A stretch of DNA of 64,000 bases, taken from Octopus vulgaris (Eukaryota). This document shows positions 38,898 through 51,690 of this stretch, piece by piece. The stretch lies in NCBI GenBank assembly GCA_951406725.2, contig OX597831.1, forward strand, positions 80,662,001 to 80,726,000, written 5' to 3'. Made by a program: the position numbers and the translations under genes. The notes below the pieces were generated by a model. It ran no database searches, was not told the DNA's origin, and saw only the letters and a program-made list of their open reading frames with translations. The number at the start of each line of letters is the position of its first letter. The first letter of the stretch is position 1.

Positions 38898-39444
38898 TAT
38901 ACATACATATGTGTGTGTGTGTGTGTGTGTATACAAATATAATGTTTTCCATGTGTAATATTTTGTATTTGATACCCAAACTTTTATTTTTAATATATCT
39001 AATTTGTTTATCTGCGTAATTGTCACTATATCGTGTGTGTGTGTGTGTGTATAAGAATATTTATGTAATACATGTACATGTATGTATAACTGTATTTGTA
39101 ATATGCATACATATCAATCTATCTGTATGTGTGTATCTATGTATATATATCGTCATCGTTTAACGTCTGCCTTCCATGCTGGCATGGGTGGGATGGTTTG
39201 ACAAGAGCCAGCCAGGCAGAAGCCTGCACCAGACTTCTGCAACTGTTTTTGCAGGATTTTCACAGCTGGATGCCTTTCCTAACCCCAACCACTCAGCAGA
39301 GTGGACTTAGTGCTTTTTACATGGCATTTACAAGGTGTTCCTGCTAAACTTGACATTTTGCATAAAAGGAAAAGAAAACACTTTATTCTGTCCAAAAATA
39401 AAATATTAAAAAAAAAATTTTTTTTTGATATCAACAAGTGCAGG

Positions 39445-39578
39445 ATTAGCTTGCTTACCAGCCACATGGTTCTGGGTTCTGGCACCTTGGGCAAGTGTCT
39501 TCTACTATAGCCTTGGGCCGACCAAAGCCTTGTCAGTGGATTTGGTAGACGGAAACTGAAAGAAGCCCGTCGTATATC

Positions 39579-39632
<54 letters not shown>

Positions 39633-39689
39633 TAGACATATATATCATCATCATCATCGTTTAACGTCCGTTTTCCGCGCTAGCACAGG

Positions 39690-39741
<52 letters not shown>

Positions 39742-39955
39742 ATATGTTTGTTTGCCTGTGTTTGTCCCCCTAGCATTGCTTGACAACCGATGCTGGTGTG
39801 TTTACGTCCACGTAACTTACTGGTTCGGCAAAAGAGACCAATGGAATAAGTACTAGGCTTACAAAGAATAAGTCCTGGGGTTGATTTCTTTGACTAAAAG
39901 GTAGTGGTTCTGCATGGCCACAGTCAAATGACTGAAACAAGTAAAAGAGAAAAGA
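39445..39955 (+). mobile_element. SINE family A with a short family C end inside its TA tract
   Basis: Family A body interrupted at 39645-39690 by (CAT)nCGTTTAACGTCCG. Confidence 0.8.
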
Positions 39956-39974
39956 TGATGGCTAGAAGATAACA

Positions 39975-40392
39975 GTTTACTTGAAGTATCTTTCTTCAGC
40001 TTCCATCACAGCTCCAGAATCTGGTGCCTGCATTCCTCACTGTGTCCTTGAGAAGATCTTCTCCTTCATCTTGGCCTTGGTCTTCGCAAGCAGAGGGGTT
40101 GGTGTTTTCTCAACTGTGCTTCGCATACAGTAATCCTTGGGGTTACAATCAGGGGAATTAAGAGGCCAGAAATTGGTGCTGATGGAGTCGTAGAAATTCT
40201 CTGAAAAATCATTTCTGACTCTTTCCAGAGGAATGGCAAGGAGCTGAATCTTGATGCCTCACATATGGCCTTCCAGCAGCATTCCTCTCCGGTCTGGGTT
40301 TGACTGCAGTCTCACATAGTCTCCCATGTATTGAGCCTAAGGCATCACCCACACTGCAGACACAGCCAAAGACCATCACAGTTTGGAGGAAT
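39975..40392 (-). mobile_element. Tc1/mariner-superfamily transposase remnant (DDD, maT-like)
   Basis: VMVFGCV, QDSAPCH..KSQK, FWPLNSPDCNPKDY. Confidence 0.75.
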
Positions 40393-40404
40393 TTGGTTTC
40401 CATA

Positions 40405-40806
40405 TTTCTTTTCTACTCTAGGCACAAGGCCCGAAATTTTTGGGGAGGGGGCCAGTCGATTAGATTGACCCCACTATGCAACTGGTCTTTAATTTATCGA
40501 CCCCAAAAGGATGAAAGGCAAACATCAACCTTGGCGGAATTTGAACTCAGAACTTAGCGGCAGACAAAATATCTATTTCTTTACTACCCACAAGGGGCTA
40601 AACACAGAGAGGACAAACAAGGACAGACAAAGAGATTAAGTCGATTACATCGACCCCAGTGCGTAACTGGTATTTAATTTATCGACCCTGAAAGGATGAA
40701 AGGTAAAGTCGACCTCAGCGGAATTTGAACTCAGAACGTAATGGCAGATGAAATACCGCTAAGCATTTCACCTGGCATGCTAACAATTCTGCCAGCTCGC
40801 CGCCTT
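40405..40806 (-). mobile_element. SINE family B dimer, well preserved
   Basis: Reverse complement of 7843-8240. Confidence 0.88.
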
Positions 40807-41054
40807 CCCCTGTCCATTTTGTTCATGTCACATATTACAACCTGTACAGTGTTCACAGAGTATTGAGCAGCAGTCATGATGTTGACATTTTGATATCAGG
40901 TGCAAATCATCGTGACACAGGTAACTCTTAGCCAATATTCAGATGGCTTGCAGTTCTCCGTGTCAGCAAATTTTCTTCTCACTTACAACTTTAATCTTTA
41001 TTCTTTCCAATGCTGTATATGTGTGTGTGTGTGTGTGTGTTGAAAGAAATGAAG

Positions 41055-41127
41055 TCAATTGTGGCCTAATGGATAAGGCATCAGCCTCCGAAGCTGAAGA
41101 TTGTGGGTTCAAGTCCCATCAGGGTCG
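41055..41127 (+). pseudogene. tRNA-Arg(CCG) pseudogene, broken acceptor stem
   Basis: D arm GCCTAATGGATAAGGC, anticodon arm TCAGC-CTCCGAA-GCTGA, T arm GTGGG-TTCAAGT-CCCAT. The 5' acceptor TCAATTG pairs with CAGGGTC at only 3 of 7 positions. Confidence 0.8.
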
Positions 41128-41254
41128 ATATTCAAAGGTATTAATTTCCTGACTTATGATATATATCTTACTCTGTTCTACTCAGAGCTTTATTTTACCG
41201 TCCAACCCATGCCAGCATGGAAAATGGACGTTAAACAATGATGATGATACTTCG

Positions 41255-41895
41255 TTGGATGGGTAATGTCAGTGTATATAAATGACAGGGTGTAAATGAT
41301 TTGAGAGAAGAACCGAGTGCGGAGGGCATGAGATGTAGTGTGCCAGAGAGAAGACTGTGCTGGTATAGTCATGTGATGTGTATGGTTGAGGCCAGCTGCA
41401 TCAAGAAGTGCCGATCTCTAATTGTGGAGGAAATATGTGGAAAGGGTAGACCCAGGAAGATGTGGGATGCAGTGGTGAGAAAGGATCTTCAGATGTTGGG
41501 CCTCACAGAGGGGATGACAGGGGACCAAGACTCCTGGCGGTTTGCTGTGCTTAAGAAGACACACACCAAGCTAAGTAAATACATGGTTGGCCTTGCATAC
41601 AAGCATGTCCCCTGCATCTCCCTTCAGCCGAGTGATCCTAATCTTGCGGGCTTGTGGGTGTTGGTGCCACATGAGCATGCATGATAGTGCCACATAAAAA
41701 CGCTCTTGCCAGTGCTGCATGAAAGCACCCAGTACACTCTGTATTGGATGCCCTTCCTAACATCAGGTGGTTAGGAAGGGCAGTGGAAACCCTGTTAAGA
41801 CAGTCAGGGGGCCTGGGCAGCTCTTCAACTAGCCAGTCCCTATCAAACCATCCAGCCCATGCCAGCATGGAAAACGTATGTTAAATCATAATGAT
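41255..41895 (+). mobile_element. RTE-clade LINE 3' end (ORF C-terminus + family C 3' UTR)
   Basis: RRLCWYSHV..GKGRPRKMWDAVVRKDL..DQDSWR is the RTE C-terminal signature; continues into CCATGCCAGCATGGAAAA..GTTAAA. Confidence 0.85.
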
Positions 41896-42263
41896 GTGTG
41901 TGTGTGTGTGTCTACATTTATGTAATAGTGTTAAAATATGAAAAGACACATCTTCACACACACATACAAGTACCAAAGCCATATCAACGTTATATATAAC
42001 CATGCACCATCACCAGAATCCACGTTCCCGCACCACATTTGCCTGCATGTCTTGCTTCTACCATTCCATTGCAGATAATTGCAATCAAAAATATAAATAA
42101 ATAAGCCGTAGGAAATGGATTGCATTGGAAATAAATACAAATCTGTCTGTCGACAATTCTGGAGTGTTGCTATCATTAGCATGGCTGTCAGTCAGGGCAG
42201 ATAAGCCAGTGTTAACCCTTTAATCCTATTATGTAGGAAGGAATAAGAATAGGCACTTGTACC

Positions 42264-42311
<48 letters not shown>

Positions 42312-42326
42312 ATTTGTGCATATATA

Positions 42327-42357
<31 letters not shown>

Positions 42358-42703
42358 GGATTTGTGCATATATATCTTCATCATTTAATGTCCGTTTTCC
42401 ATGCTAGCATTTGGTTGGACGGTTCGACCAGGGTCTGGTAAGCCATGGAGGCTGCACCAGGCTCCAGTCTGATCTAGCAATGTTTCTCCAGCTGGATGCC
42501 CTTCCTAACTCCAACAACTTCGTGAGTGTAGTGGATGATTTTTACGTGCCACCGGCACGGGCCAGAGGAGGCTTGCAAGCGTGTCACCAACACAGACACC
42601 AGTCAGGCGACGCTGGCATCTGTCACGTTCGGACGGTGCTTTTTACATGTCACCGGCACAGGTGTCTTAACTACAATTTCCATTTGAATTTTATTTTGAT
42701 ATA

Positions 42704-42734
<31 letters not shown>

Positions 42735-42984
42735 GGATTTGTGCATATATATATATTTCTTTATTGCCCACAACGGGCTAAACTTAGAGGGGACAAACAA
42801 GGACAGACAAAGGGATTAAGTCAATTACATTGACCCCCCAGTGCGTAACTGGTACTTTATTTATCGATCCCGAAAGGATGGAAGGCAAAGTCAACCTCGG
42901 CAGAATTTGAACTCAGAACGTAACCGCAGACAAAATACCGCTTAGCATTTCGCCCGGCACGGTAACGTTTCTGCCAGTTTACCG

Positions 42985-43031
<47 letters not shown>

Positions 43032-43101
43032 ATGTGTGCTGCTGTAATCCAGCTACTCAGAGGCTTGGTTGGTTTGCTAGTTTGGGAATGCGAGTTCTGG
43101 C

Positions 43102-43369
43102 CAAGGCTGTAGAGTTGAAACAAAAAACTTCAACTCTGACTCTTGTACTATTGGAACCTTCGACTCTGACTCCTCTACTATTAGCAGTTCTGACTCTGAC
43201 TCTTCCTTATGTAATTAAGTTTTATTATGGTATACCTATCTCATAAAGCACATGCATACGCTTGTACTTTGAGTAGGCCTTTGTGAGTCGGAATCAGAGT
43301 CGGTAGAGTTTTTCCGACTCTGAATCCAGCTACCCCTTAGTTGTTTCCAACTCTGACCCTACAGCCCTG
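43102..43369. mobile_element. hAT-like MITE with GAGTCG/CGACTC subterminal repeats
   Basis: CAAGGCTG...CAGCCCTG termini; flanks GTTCTGGC / GTTCTGTG. Confidence 0.7.
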
Positions 43370-45073
43370 GTTCTGTGGCGACCAGAGGTCCACACTGAGC
43401 TCAGTATCATTATGGTGCTGGTAAAGGGGTTTATCTGGACGAGGTTGACTAAGAAGAGAAGGGTCAATTCAGCCAAGGGCAGAAACACAGCTGGCAAAAG
43501 ACCCTGCGGTGAGTAGCAGTGGGAGTGAGCTTGTGAACGGTCATCAGCTTGCAGCCTTTCGGATATTATTGAACTGCAACCTTTTAAAAATATTCAGCTG
43601 GCAGAAACGTTAGCACACCGGGCAAAATGCTTAGCGGTATTTCATCTACCGCTATGTTCTGAGTTCAAATTCCGCCGAAGTCGACTTTGCCTTTCATCCT
43701 TTCAGGGTCGATAAATTAAGTACCAGTTACACACTGGGGTCGATGTAATCGACTTAATCTGTTTGTCTGTCCTTGTTGTCCTCTCTGTGTGTAGCCCCTT
43801 GTGGGTAGTAAAGAAATAGGTATTTCGTCTGTTTTGACATTCTGAGTTCAAATTCTGCCGAGGTCGACTTTGCTTTCATTTTTTCAGGGTCGATAAATTA
43901 AGTACCAGTTGCATGCTGGGGTCGATATAATCGACTGGTCCTCTTCCCCAAAATTTGAGGCCTTGTGCCTAGAGTAGAAAAGAATCGTTAGCTCACTGAA
44001 CAGAATGCTTGGCGCTATTTTGGTCATCTTTACGTTCTGAGTTCAAATATTCTGTTGAGGTTGACTTTGCTCTTCATCTTTTCAGGGTCGATAAAATAAG
44101 AACCAGTCATGTACTGGGGTTGATGAAATCAACTTGCTTGTCCCCTCCACATTTCAAGCTTTATGTCTATATTAGAAAGTGTTTATGTGTACATGTGTGT
44201 GTGTGTATTTGCATGTATGTATAAAAGTTCTTAAAGTTACAGGCATGGCTCTGTGATCAAGAAGTTTGCTTCTCAGTTGCATGGTTTCATGTTCAATCCC
44301 AGTGCATGGCAGCTTGTGCCTGAATCCTCTACTATAGCCCCAGGCCAACTAAAGCCTTGTGAGTGGACATGGTAGACAGAAACTGAAAGAAGTTTATTGT
44401 GTGTGTGTGTGTGTGATGATAGTTCTGAATGCAACTAGTGTCCCTCATTTCCAGTTTTCTGTGAGAACATGACTGGCCATGACAGGTAAGGGTTGGCAAC
44501 AGGAAGGGCATCCACTTGTAGAAAATCTGCCTCAACAAATTCTGTCTGACCCATGCCAGCATGGGAAAAAATATATACAATAGACCCTTGCCCCATTGTA
44601 TGAGTAATTTGCAGTACAAGCCAAGACCTGTGCAGATTTTGGTCTTCAAGTACGAGCAGAAATCCACAGTACAAGCACACAAATCGTGCCATCTTGAAGG
44701 TAATTCAGTTAATAAAACCAGACAAAGGGATTAAGTTGATTACATCGACCCCAGTGCATAACTGGTACTTAATTTATCGACCCCGAAAGGATGAAAGGCA
44801 AAGTCAACCTTTGCGGAATTTGAACTCAGAACGTAAAGAGAGATGAAATACCGCTAAGCATTTCGGCCGGTGTGCTAACGTTTCTGCCAGCTCCTGTTAT
44901 GTGATGAGATTCTGCAAAGATTCTCTCTACAAAATGTACTCTCACTTCATTAGTCAGTTCAGAGCTCTGGGAGAACACACTTACCCAAGGTGCTATGCAG
45001 AGGGATTGAACCTGAAACCACCATGAATGCAAAGTGATCCCCTTAACCACACAGCCATACCAGCACCGATAAT

Positions 45074-45696
45074 TAGGGCTGTGGAGTCGAAACAAAAAAC
45101 TTCGACTCTGACTCCTCTATGAAAATAAGTGATTATGGTCTATTTTAGCGACTCTGACCCGGCAAATAAAGTCCACAGCGGTAACTACACCAGTGTTGCA
45201 TAACCAACCCCCTCAAAACTACCTTGGATCGTAGGGTGACATGCCGTGCTTGTAGAGACCTATTGAGTCAAGTACATCAACAGCAATATCAAAATCAAAT
45301 CAAATGGAAATTGTAGTTGTGAGCCCTGTGCCGGTGGCACGTAAGAAGCACCATCCAAACGTGGCCAATGCCAGTGCCGCTTTGACTGGCTTCCATGTTG
45401 GTGGCACGTAAAAATCACCATCCGATTATGGTTGATGCCAGCTCCTCTGGCCCCTGTGCCAGTAGCATGTAAAAAGCACTCACTACACTCTCGGAGTGGT
45501 TGGCGTTAGGAATGGCATCCAGCTGTAGAAACACTACCAGATCAGATTGGGGCCTCCTGGCTCCCCAGAACCCAGTTGAATCATCCAACCCATGCCAGCA
45601 TGGAAAGCGGATGTGAAACAATGATGATGAGGATGACTCCAACCACCCCTTAATTGTTTCCGATTCCGACTCCACGACTCCAATTCCACAGCCCTG
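45074..45696. mobile_element. Same hAT-like MITE family with a nested family C insertion
   Basis: TAGGGCTGTGGAGTCG...CCACAGCCCTG; TSD CCGATAAT / CCAATAAT; family C at about 45160-45635. Confidence 0.8.
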
Positions 45697-46054
45697 CCAA
45701 TAATATTGGCTTTTTCTTTCTATCCTAAGATCTAATAAAGTTCTTTCATCCAAATTGTTGGCTGATCAGTTTGAAGGGTTTCTGCTTGGATTCCCCAGTA
45801 TTTAGTCTGTCTCACCTGGAGGCTATTCGGTTACTAGATTCCCCGATTAGTTTGGTTTTGCTGGTTTTTTAAATTCTATTTTGTTTTATTTTATGTTCTT
45901 CTCCTCTAAATATTTTTACCTTTGTACATGTGTGTGTGTGTGTGTGTGTGTGTAGAAAGTGGATGTTAAATATGTTGATGATGATGATATATATGTGTAT
46001 ATATATGCATGGATGTGTGTGTGTGAATATATATGTATGGGAACATGTGTTTAT

Positions 46055-46505
46055 AATGTACAGGTGTGTGGGTATTATATATGTATACAGGTGTGTGTGT
46101 GTATATATATATATGTATGTATATGTATACAGGTGTGTGTGTGTGTATGTATATATATGTATGTATACAGGTGTGTGTGTGTGCATATGTATGTATATGT
46201 ATACAGGTGTGTGTATATATATGTATGTATACAGGTGTGTGTGTATATATCTATGTATACAGGTGTGTGTGTATATATGTATGTATATGTATACGGGTGT
46301 GTGTGTATATGTATGTATATGTATACAGGTGTGTGTGTATATGTATGTATATGTATACAGGTGCGTGTGTATATATATATATATATATATGTATACAGGT
46401 GTGTGTGTGTGTATATATGTATACAGGTGTGTGTGTATATATGTATGTATATGTATACAGGTGTGTGTGTGTGTATATATATGTATGTATACATGTGTGT
46501 GTGTG
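46055..46505. repeat. Minisatellite: GTATACAG + (GT)n(AT)n units
   Basis: About a dozen GTATACAGGTGT anchors. Confidence 0.92.
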
Positions 46506-46815
46506 TAGGTATATGTAAATGTTTATATATATCTTTGTTTTTGAGTATATTTGTGTGGTTTTTTTCTTTCATTTTTAGTTTTGCTGGGTTATATTTAGAA
46601 GATTATTTTTAACATCATCACCATCGTCATCATCATCATCATCATCATTATTATACATGCTCACACTCACTCAACACATATATGCGCACATGTGCTTACA
46701 GTCAGATGTAAATTCTCTTATGCACGCACACACACACACATCTATACATTGTCATGCTACCACACACACACACACCTGTACATTATCTTACTTCTACATG
46801 CACACATACACATTC

Positions 46816-46857
<42 letters not shown>

Positions 46858-48014
46858 CCTGGGAAAGGAGGAACTCAAACTCTGAGATAAAATACAAAAT
46901 TTAATCCTGAAGGAGATAAGAAGACACATCTGAACTTGGGTGGCAGACTAAATCCACCACCACCACCACCACCTGTTCCGCCGCCACCATGGATCTTGGG
47001 TAGGGGGTCGTGTAAGGGGAGTTAACTCTGTTGGAAGTGTTCAGAGCCATGTCACTGGATAAGTTTGTCTTTTCATCTGACCAGTGTAGATGGGGTTGGT
47101 GGTGCTAGCATTAACTTTCCCCTCTCTGTCTAGGGAATAACACACATATATAAACACACAAACTCATGCACACACACACACACCATCATCATCATCGTTT
47201 AACGTCCGCTTTCCATGCTGTCATGGGTTGGACGCTTTGAACTGAGGACTGGTGAGCCAGAAGGCTGCACCAGGCTTAGTCTGATCTGGGAAAGTTTCTA
47301 CAGCTGGATGCCCTTCCTAATGCCAACCACTCTGAGAGTGTAGTGGGTGCTTTTTATGTGTGACCAGCACGAGGGCCAGTCAGGCAGTTCTGGCAACGAC
47401 CATGCTCAAAAGGTGTCTTTTCACATGCCACCGGCACATTTGCTGGTAAGGCAACCCTGGCAACGATCATGCTCAAATGGTGCTTTTCACATGTCACTGG
47501 CATGGGAGCCAATCCGTGGCCCTGGCAATGATCATGCTTGGATGTGCTTTTAATGTTCCACTGGCACGAGTACCGATCAGGTGGTTCTGTCATTGGCCAC
47601 GTCAGCGATTTTGATTTGTTTTCACGTGCCTCAGTAGGTCTTTGCAACCAAAGTTCATTGTCTAATGAATGAGGGGTACTCATAAGTGGGCCACATATAA
47701 ACGTACACATAAATACACATGCACATAAACAAACACACATATAAACATACACACACACACATGCATGTAATTCCAGAAAAAAACAAGAAGTCTTTAAAAA
47801 CACATACACACACGCATGTATATGAGCACACACACATGCATATATATATATATATAAATAAACACAGGCACACGTTATTACAGTAAAAAAAAAAGCAAAA
47901 GCTCATAAAAGCACACACACACACATACACATTACTATACACAGGTAATTGCAAAAACACACTTGTATGTAATTAGAAAAATAGTCACGCACATAAACAC
48001 ACATTACCATACGT

Positions 48015-48059
<45 letters not shown>

Positions 48060-48427
48060 TATATAATTATGGAAAACCATGAACGTATACATACCATGCA
48101 AACACACACACATAAGCAACTCGTACACAATTACTGTGAATACACACACATGAACTCACGCACACGTACATTCACAGACTCACTACACATTATAAATTCA
48201 CACACACACACACACCGACAGATCTGTATACACCAGTATGCACACACACACACACATCTACTCACAGGTATGCACATAAACACACACACACACACATTGG
48301 TGTGCACATACATACAAACATACAGACCTATGCTCACAGACCCGCATTCATACACGCGCACACACAGTCCCATCTACACATCCACACAGATGAACACACG
48401 TTCTACAAATACATCCACACGCACACT

Positions 48428-48459
48428 CCTCTCTCTCTCTCTCTCACACACACACTCAT

Positions 48460-48497
<38 letters not shown>

Positions 48498-48508
48498 CAC
48501 ACACACAC

Positions 48509-48550
<42 letters not shown>

Positions 48551-48557
48551 TATGCTC

Positions 48558-48595
<38 letters not shown>

Positions 48596-48596
48596 T

Positions 48597-48627
<31 letters not shown>

Positions 48628-48804
48628 ATACACACACACATATGCTCTTCTCTCTCTCTCTCTCTCTCATCCACACACACACACATATGCTCTTCTCTCT
48701 CTCTCACACACACACACACACATGCTCTTCTCTCTCTCTCTCTCTCACATACACACACACACACTCTTCTCTCTCTCTCTCTCACATACACACACACACA
48801 CTCT

Positions 48805-48837
<33 letters not shown>

Positions 48838-49033
48838 TGCTCTTCTCTCTCTCTCTCTCTCAGCCACACACACACACACACATGCTCTTCTCTCTCTCAC
48901 ACACACACATGCTCTTCTCTCTCTCTCTCTCTCTCATACACACACACATATGCTCTTCTCTCTCTCTCTCTCTCTCATACACACACACATATGCTCTTCT
49001 CTCTCTCTCTCTCTCTCTCATACACACACACAT

Positions 49034-49064
<31 letters not shown>

Positions 49065-49078
49065 ATACACACACACAT

Positions 49079-49120
<42 letters not shown>

Positions 49121-49128
49121 TATGCTCT

Positions 49129-49161
<33 letters not shown>

Positions 49162-49245
49162 TGCTCTTCTCTCTCTCTCTCTCTCACATACACACACACA
49201 CACTCTTCTCTCTCTCTCTCTCTCACATACACACACACACACTCT

Positions 49246-49278
<33 letters not shown>

Positions 49279-49349
49279 TGCTCTTCTCTCTCTCTCTCTC
49301 TCTCAGCCACACACACACACACACATGCTCTTCTCTCTCTCACACACAC

Positions 49350-49384
<35 letters not shown>

Positions 49385-49390
49385 ATACAT
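48428..49390. repeat. Minisatellite: ATGCTCTT(CT)n(CA)n units
   Basis: About 1 kb higher-order array; source of the 347-462 aa spurious ORFs. Confidence 0.95.
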
Positions 49391-50484
49391 GCATATTCAC
49401 TCACACAGGCAAAGATGTGCTCTTGTTTGTTTTTTTAACCTTCTGCTCCGTTCATAGAATATTTTCGGTGCCAACACTCACACACACAAAACACAAAAAC
49501 TAAATCTATTTACAGTCTGTAATAAATTCTACCAGAATTCTTCCTGCTGCCTCTTCCTTGTCTCAATCACAATACCACATTCCTATTCCACTTCACAAAA
49601 AACCAATACCCATTCTACATCATATTCTAACATTTCTTTTTCTTGATGTCTTTATTTTTCATGTTTTGTTTTGCCTTCTTAGCTTTGAGTTCTTCATTCA
49701 GTATTTTTTCTGCTTTTGTTTTTGTTGGTTTTCTGTTTTGTACCTTTTGGATCCATGTTAGCTTACATCATCATCATCGTCATCATCATCGTTTAACGTC
49801 CGCTTTCCATGCTGGCATGGGTTAGATGATTTGACTGAGGACTGGCAAGCCAGAAGGCTGCACCAGGCTCCAATCTTGATTTGGCAGAGCTTCTACAGCT
49901 GGATGCCCTTCCTAATGCCAACCACTCCAAGAGTGTAGTGGGTGCTTTTACGTGCCACCAGCACAAGGGCCATTCAGGCGGTACTGGCAACGGTCACAGA
50001 AAAATCGGGTTTTTTTTTTTATAATTATTGTTACAAATGGTGAGCGTTAAATTCATACTCATCTTTATTCAAGTGATGATGCTAGATATCTACCAAAAGA
50101 TGGAATTGGTCTTTGCAAGTCACAATGGTTGTGTGATAAAAAGCTTGCTTCCCAACCACATGGTTCTGGGTTCAGTCCCACTGAGTGGCACCCTAGGCAA
50201 GTGTCTTCTATTACCACCACCGCCTCCCAACTAGTGCTGGTGTGTTTATGTCCCTGTAACTTAGCAGTTTGGCAAAAGTGACCAATAGAATAAATGCCAA
50301 GTTTTAAAAAAGAAAATAAATTCTAGAGTTGATTCGTTTGACCAAAATTCTTTGAGGCGGTGCCCCAGCATGGCCACTGTCTAATGAATGAAACACGTCA
50401 AAGGTTTCTCACTGAAAATAGCTTCAAACATGGTATTTCACAACAGGACTTAGATTGGTATATAAAACCGTTTCTTGTACTTAA

Positions 50485-50695
50485 CCCATTAAGTCCCAGA
50501 GGACTTGAATTTCTGAATATTGCTTTTAAATTTTTACAGATGATTAAAAACAGGTTAAAATGAAAGAAATAATTATGAAAACTCCTTTACTTCAAGTAGG
50601 AAATGGAAATACTCGGTGTCCTATAAATAGGACATTAAGACAATGTGATATAGTTTATTTAGTGTCCTATTTATAGGACAGTGGGGCATAATGGG
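50485..50695. mobile_element. piggyBac-type MITE, copy 1
   Basis: TTAA|CCCATTAAGTCCCA ... TGGGGCATAATGGG|TTAA; internal palindrome TGTCCTATAAATAGGACA. Confidence 0.88.
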
Positions 50696-50699
50696 TTAA

Positions 50700-51125
50700 A
50701 CATCAAATTGCTATGGGGGTCCACCGGAATAAAATAGTAATCAATGTGGTAAATAGATAAATATAAATGGTTGAGAACCCCTGCTTTAGATGTACCTATT
50801 GGTATGTAAAGCAAGAAACAGGTTCCTTTTTCTAACATTTTACACAAATTAATGTGTGAATAACAAAAGAATTCTGAAAGTAGTTTCTAGAAATCTAGTT
50901 TATAAACATGGAATGGCTATCGAGGTCCACCAGAAAAAAATAGTAGTAAATCGGGTTGATAGATAAAAACTGGTTGAGAAACCCTGTGTTAGATGTATGT
51001 ATTGGTATGTATGATAAGAAGCAGCTAGGTTCCTTTCTCCGGCATTTTACACAGTTCAACCAACACAAGTTAATGAGGGAAACACAAAATGAGAATTTTG
51101 AAAGAAGTTTCTAGAAAACTGGTTT
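50700..51125. repeat. Two diverged ~200-bp tandem units containing a hAT-like end
   Basis: GGTCCACC..GGTTGAGAAMCCCTG..TAGATGTA..ATTGGTATGTA..GGTTCCTTT occurs twice. Confidence 0.7.
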
Positions 51126-51129
51126 TTAA

Positions 51130-51354
51130 CCCATTAAGTCCCAGAGTACTTAAATTTCTGAATATCACTTTTGAATTTTTACAAATGATTGAAAATAGGT
51201 TAAAATGAAAAAAAATAATTATCAAAACTGCTTTACTTCAAGCAGGAAATGGAAATACTTGGTGTCCTATAAATAGGACACTGAGACAATGTGATATAGC
51301 TTATTTAATGTTCTCATTTAGTGTCCTATTTATAGGACAGTGGGACTTAATGGG
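51130..51354. mobile_element. piggyBac-type MITE, copy 2
   Basis: TTAA|CCCATTAAGTCCCA ... TGGGACTTAATGGG|TTAA (perfect 14-bp TIR). Confidence 0.9.
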
Positions 51355-51469
51355 TTAAGGGCAATGAAATTTTAAGTGGATGTATTGGTTATTTCCACAA
51401 TAAAGGGATTAAGTCCCATCTTGGCACCTCATCACCACTATTTTGTCATTACTATTCTGTATTATGAGA

Positions 51470-51690
51470 CATCTACTCCCACACTCATTCTTTCCTATCT
51501 TGTGCCTTGAAGCTCCACCTTGACCCCTTGCCACGGATATTTTTATAACTTCCCAGCTCTACCCAATCACTCCCACTCTTTCTACCAAAATGTGAGTAGT
51601 CATGTAGCTCCTCTATACCAAGAAACCTGATCTGCTCTGGTCCTTTTCTCTCATATTTTACCCCTGTCAATTCCTCATCTCCTAGTTCAC
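51470..51690 (-). mobile_element. Degenerate RTE-like ORF end
   Basis: Ends ..WSFKAQDRKE, resembling the RTE W...AQDR..W motif. Confidence 0.4.

Noticed and set aside
48069-49503. ORFs of 347-462 aa
   Set aside because: Translations of a (CT)n(CA)n minisatellite, open in all three frames.
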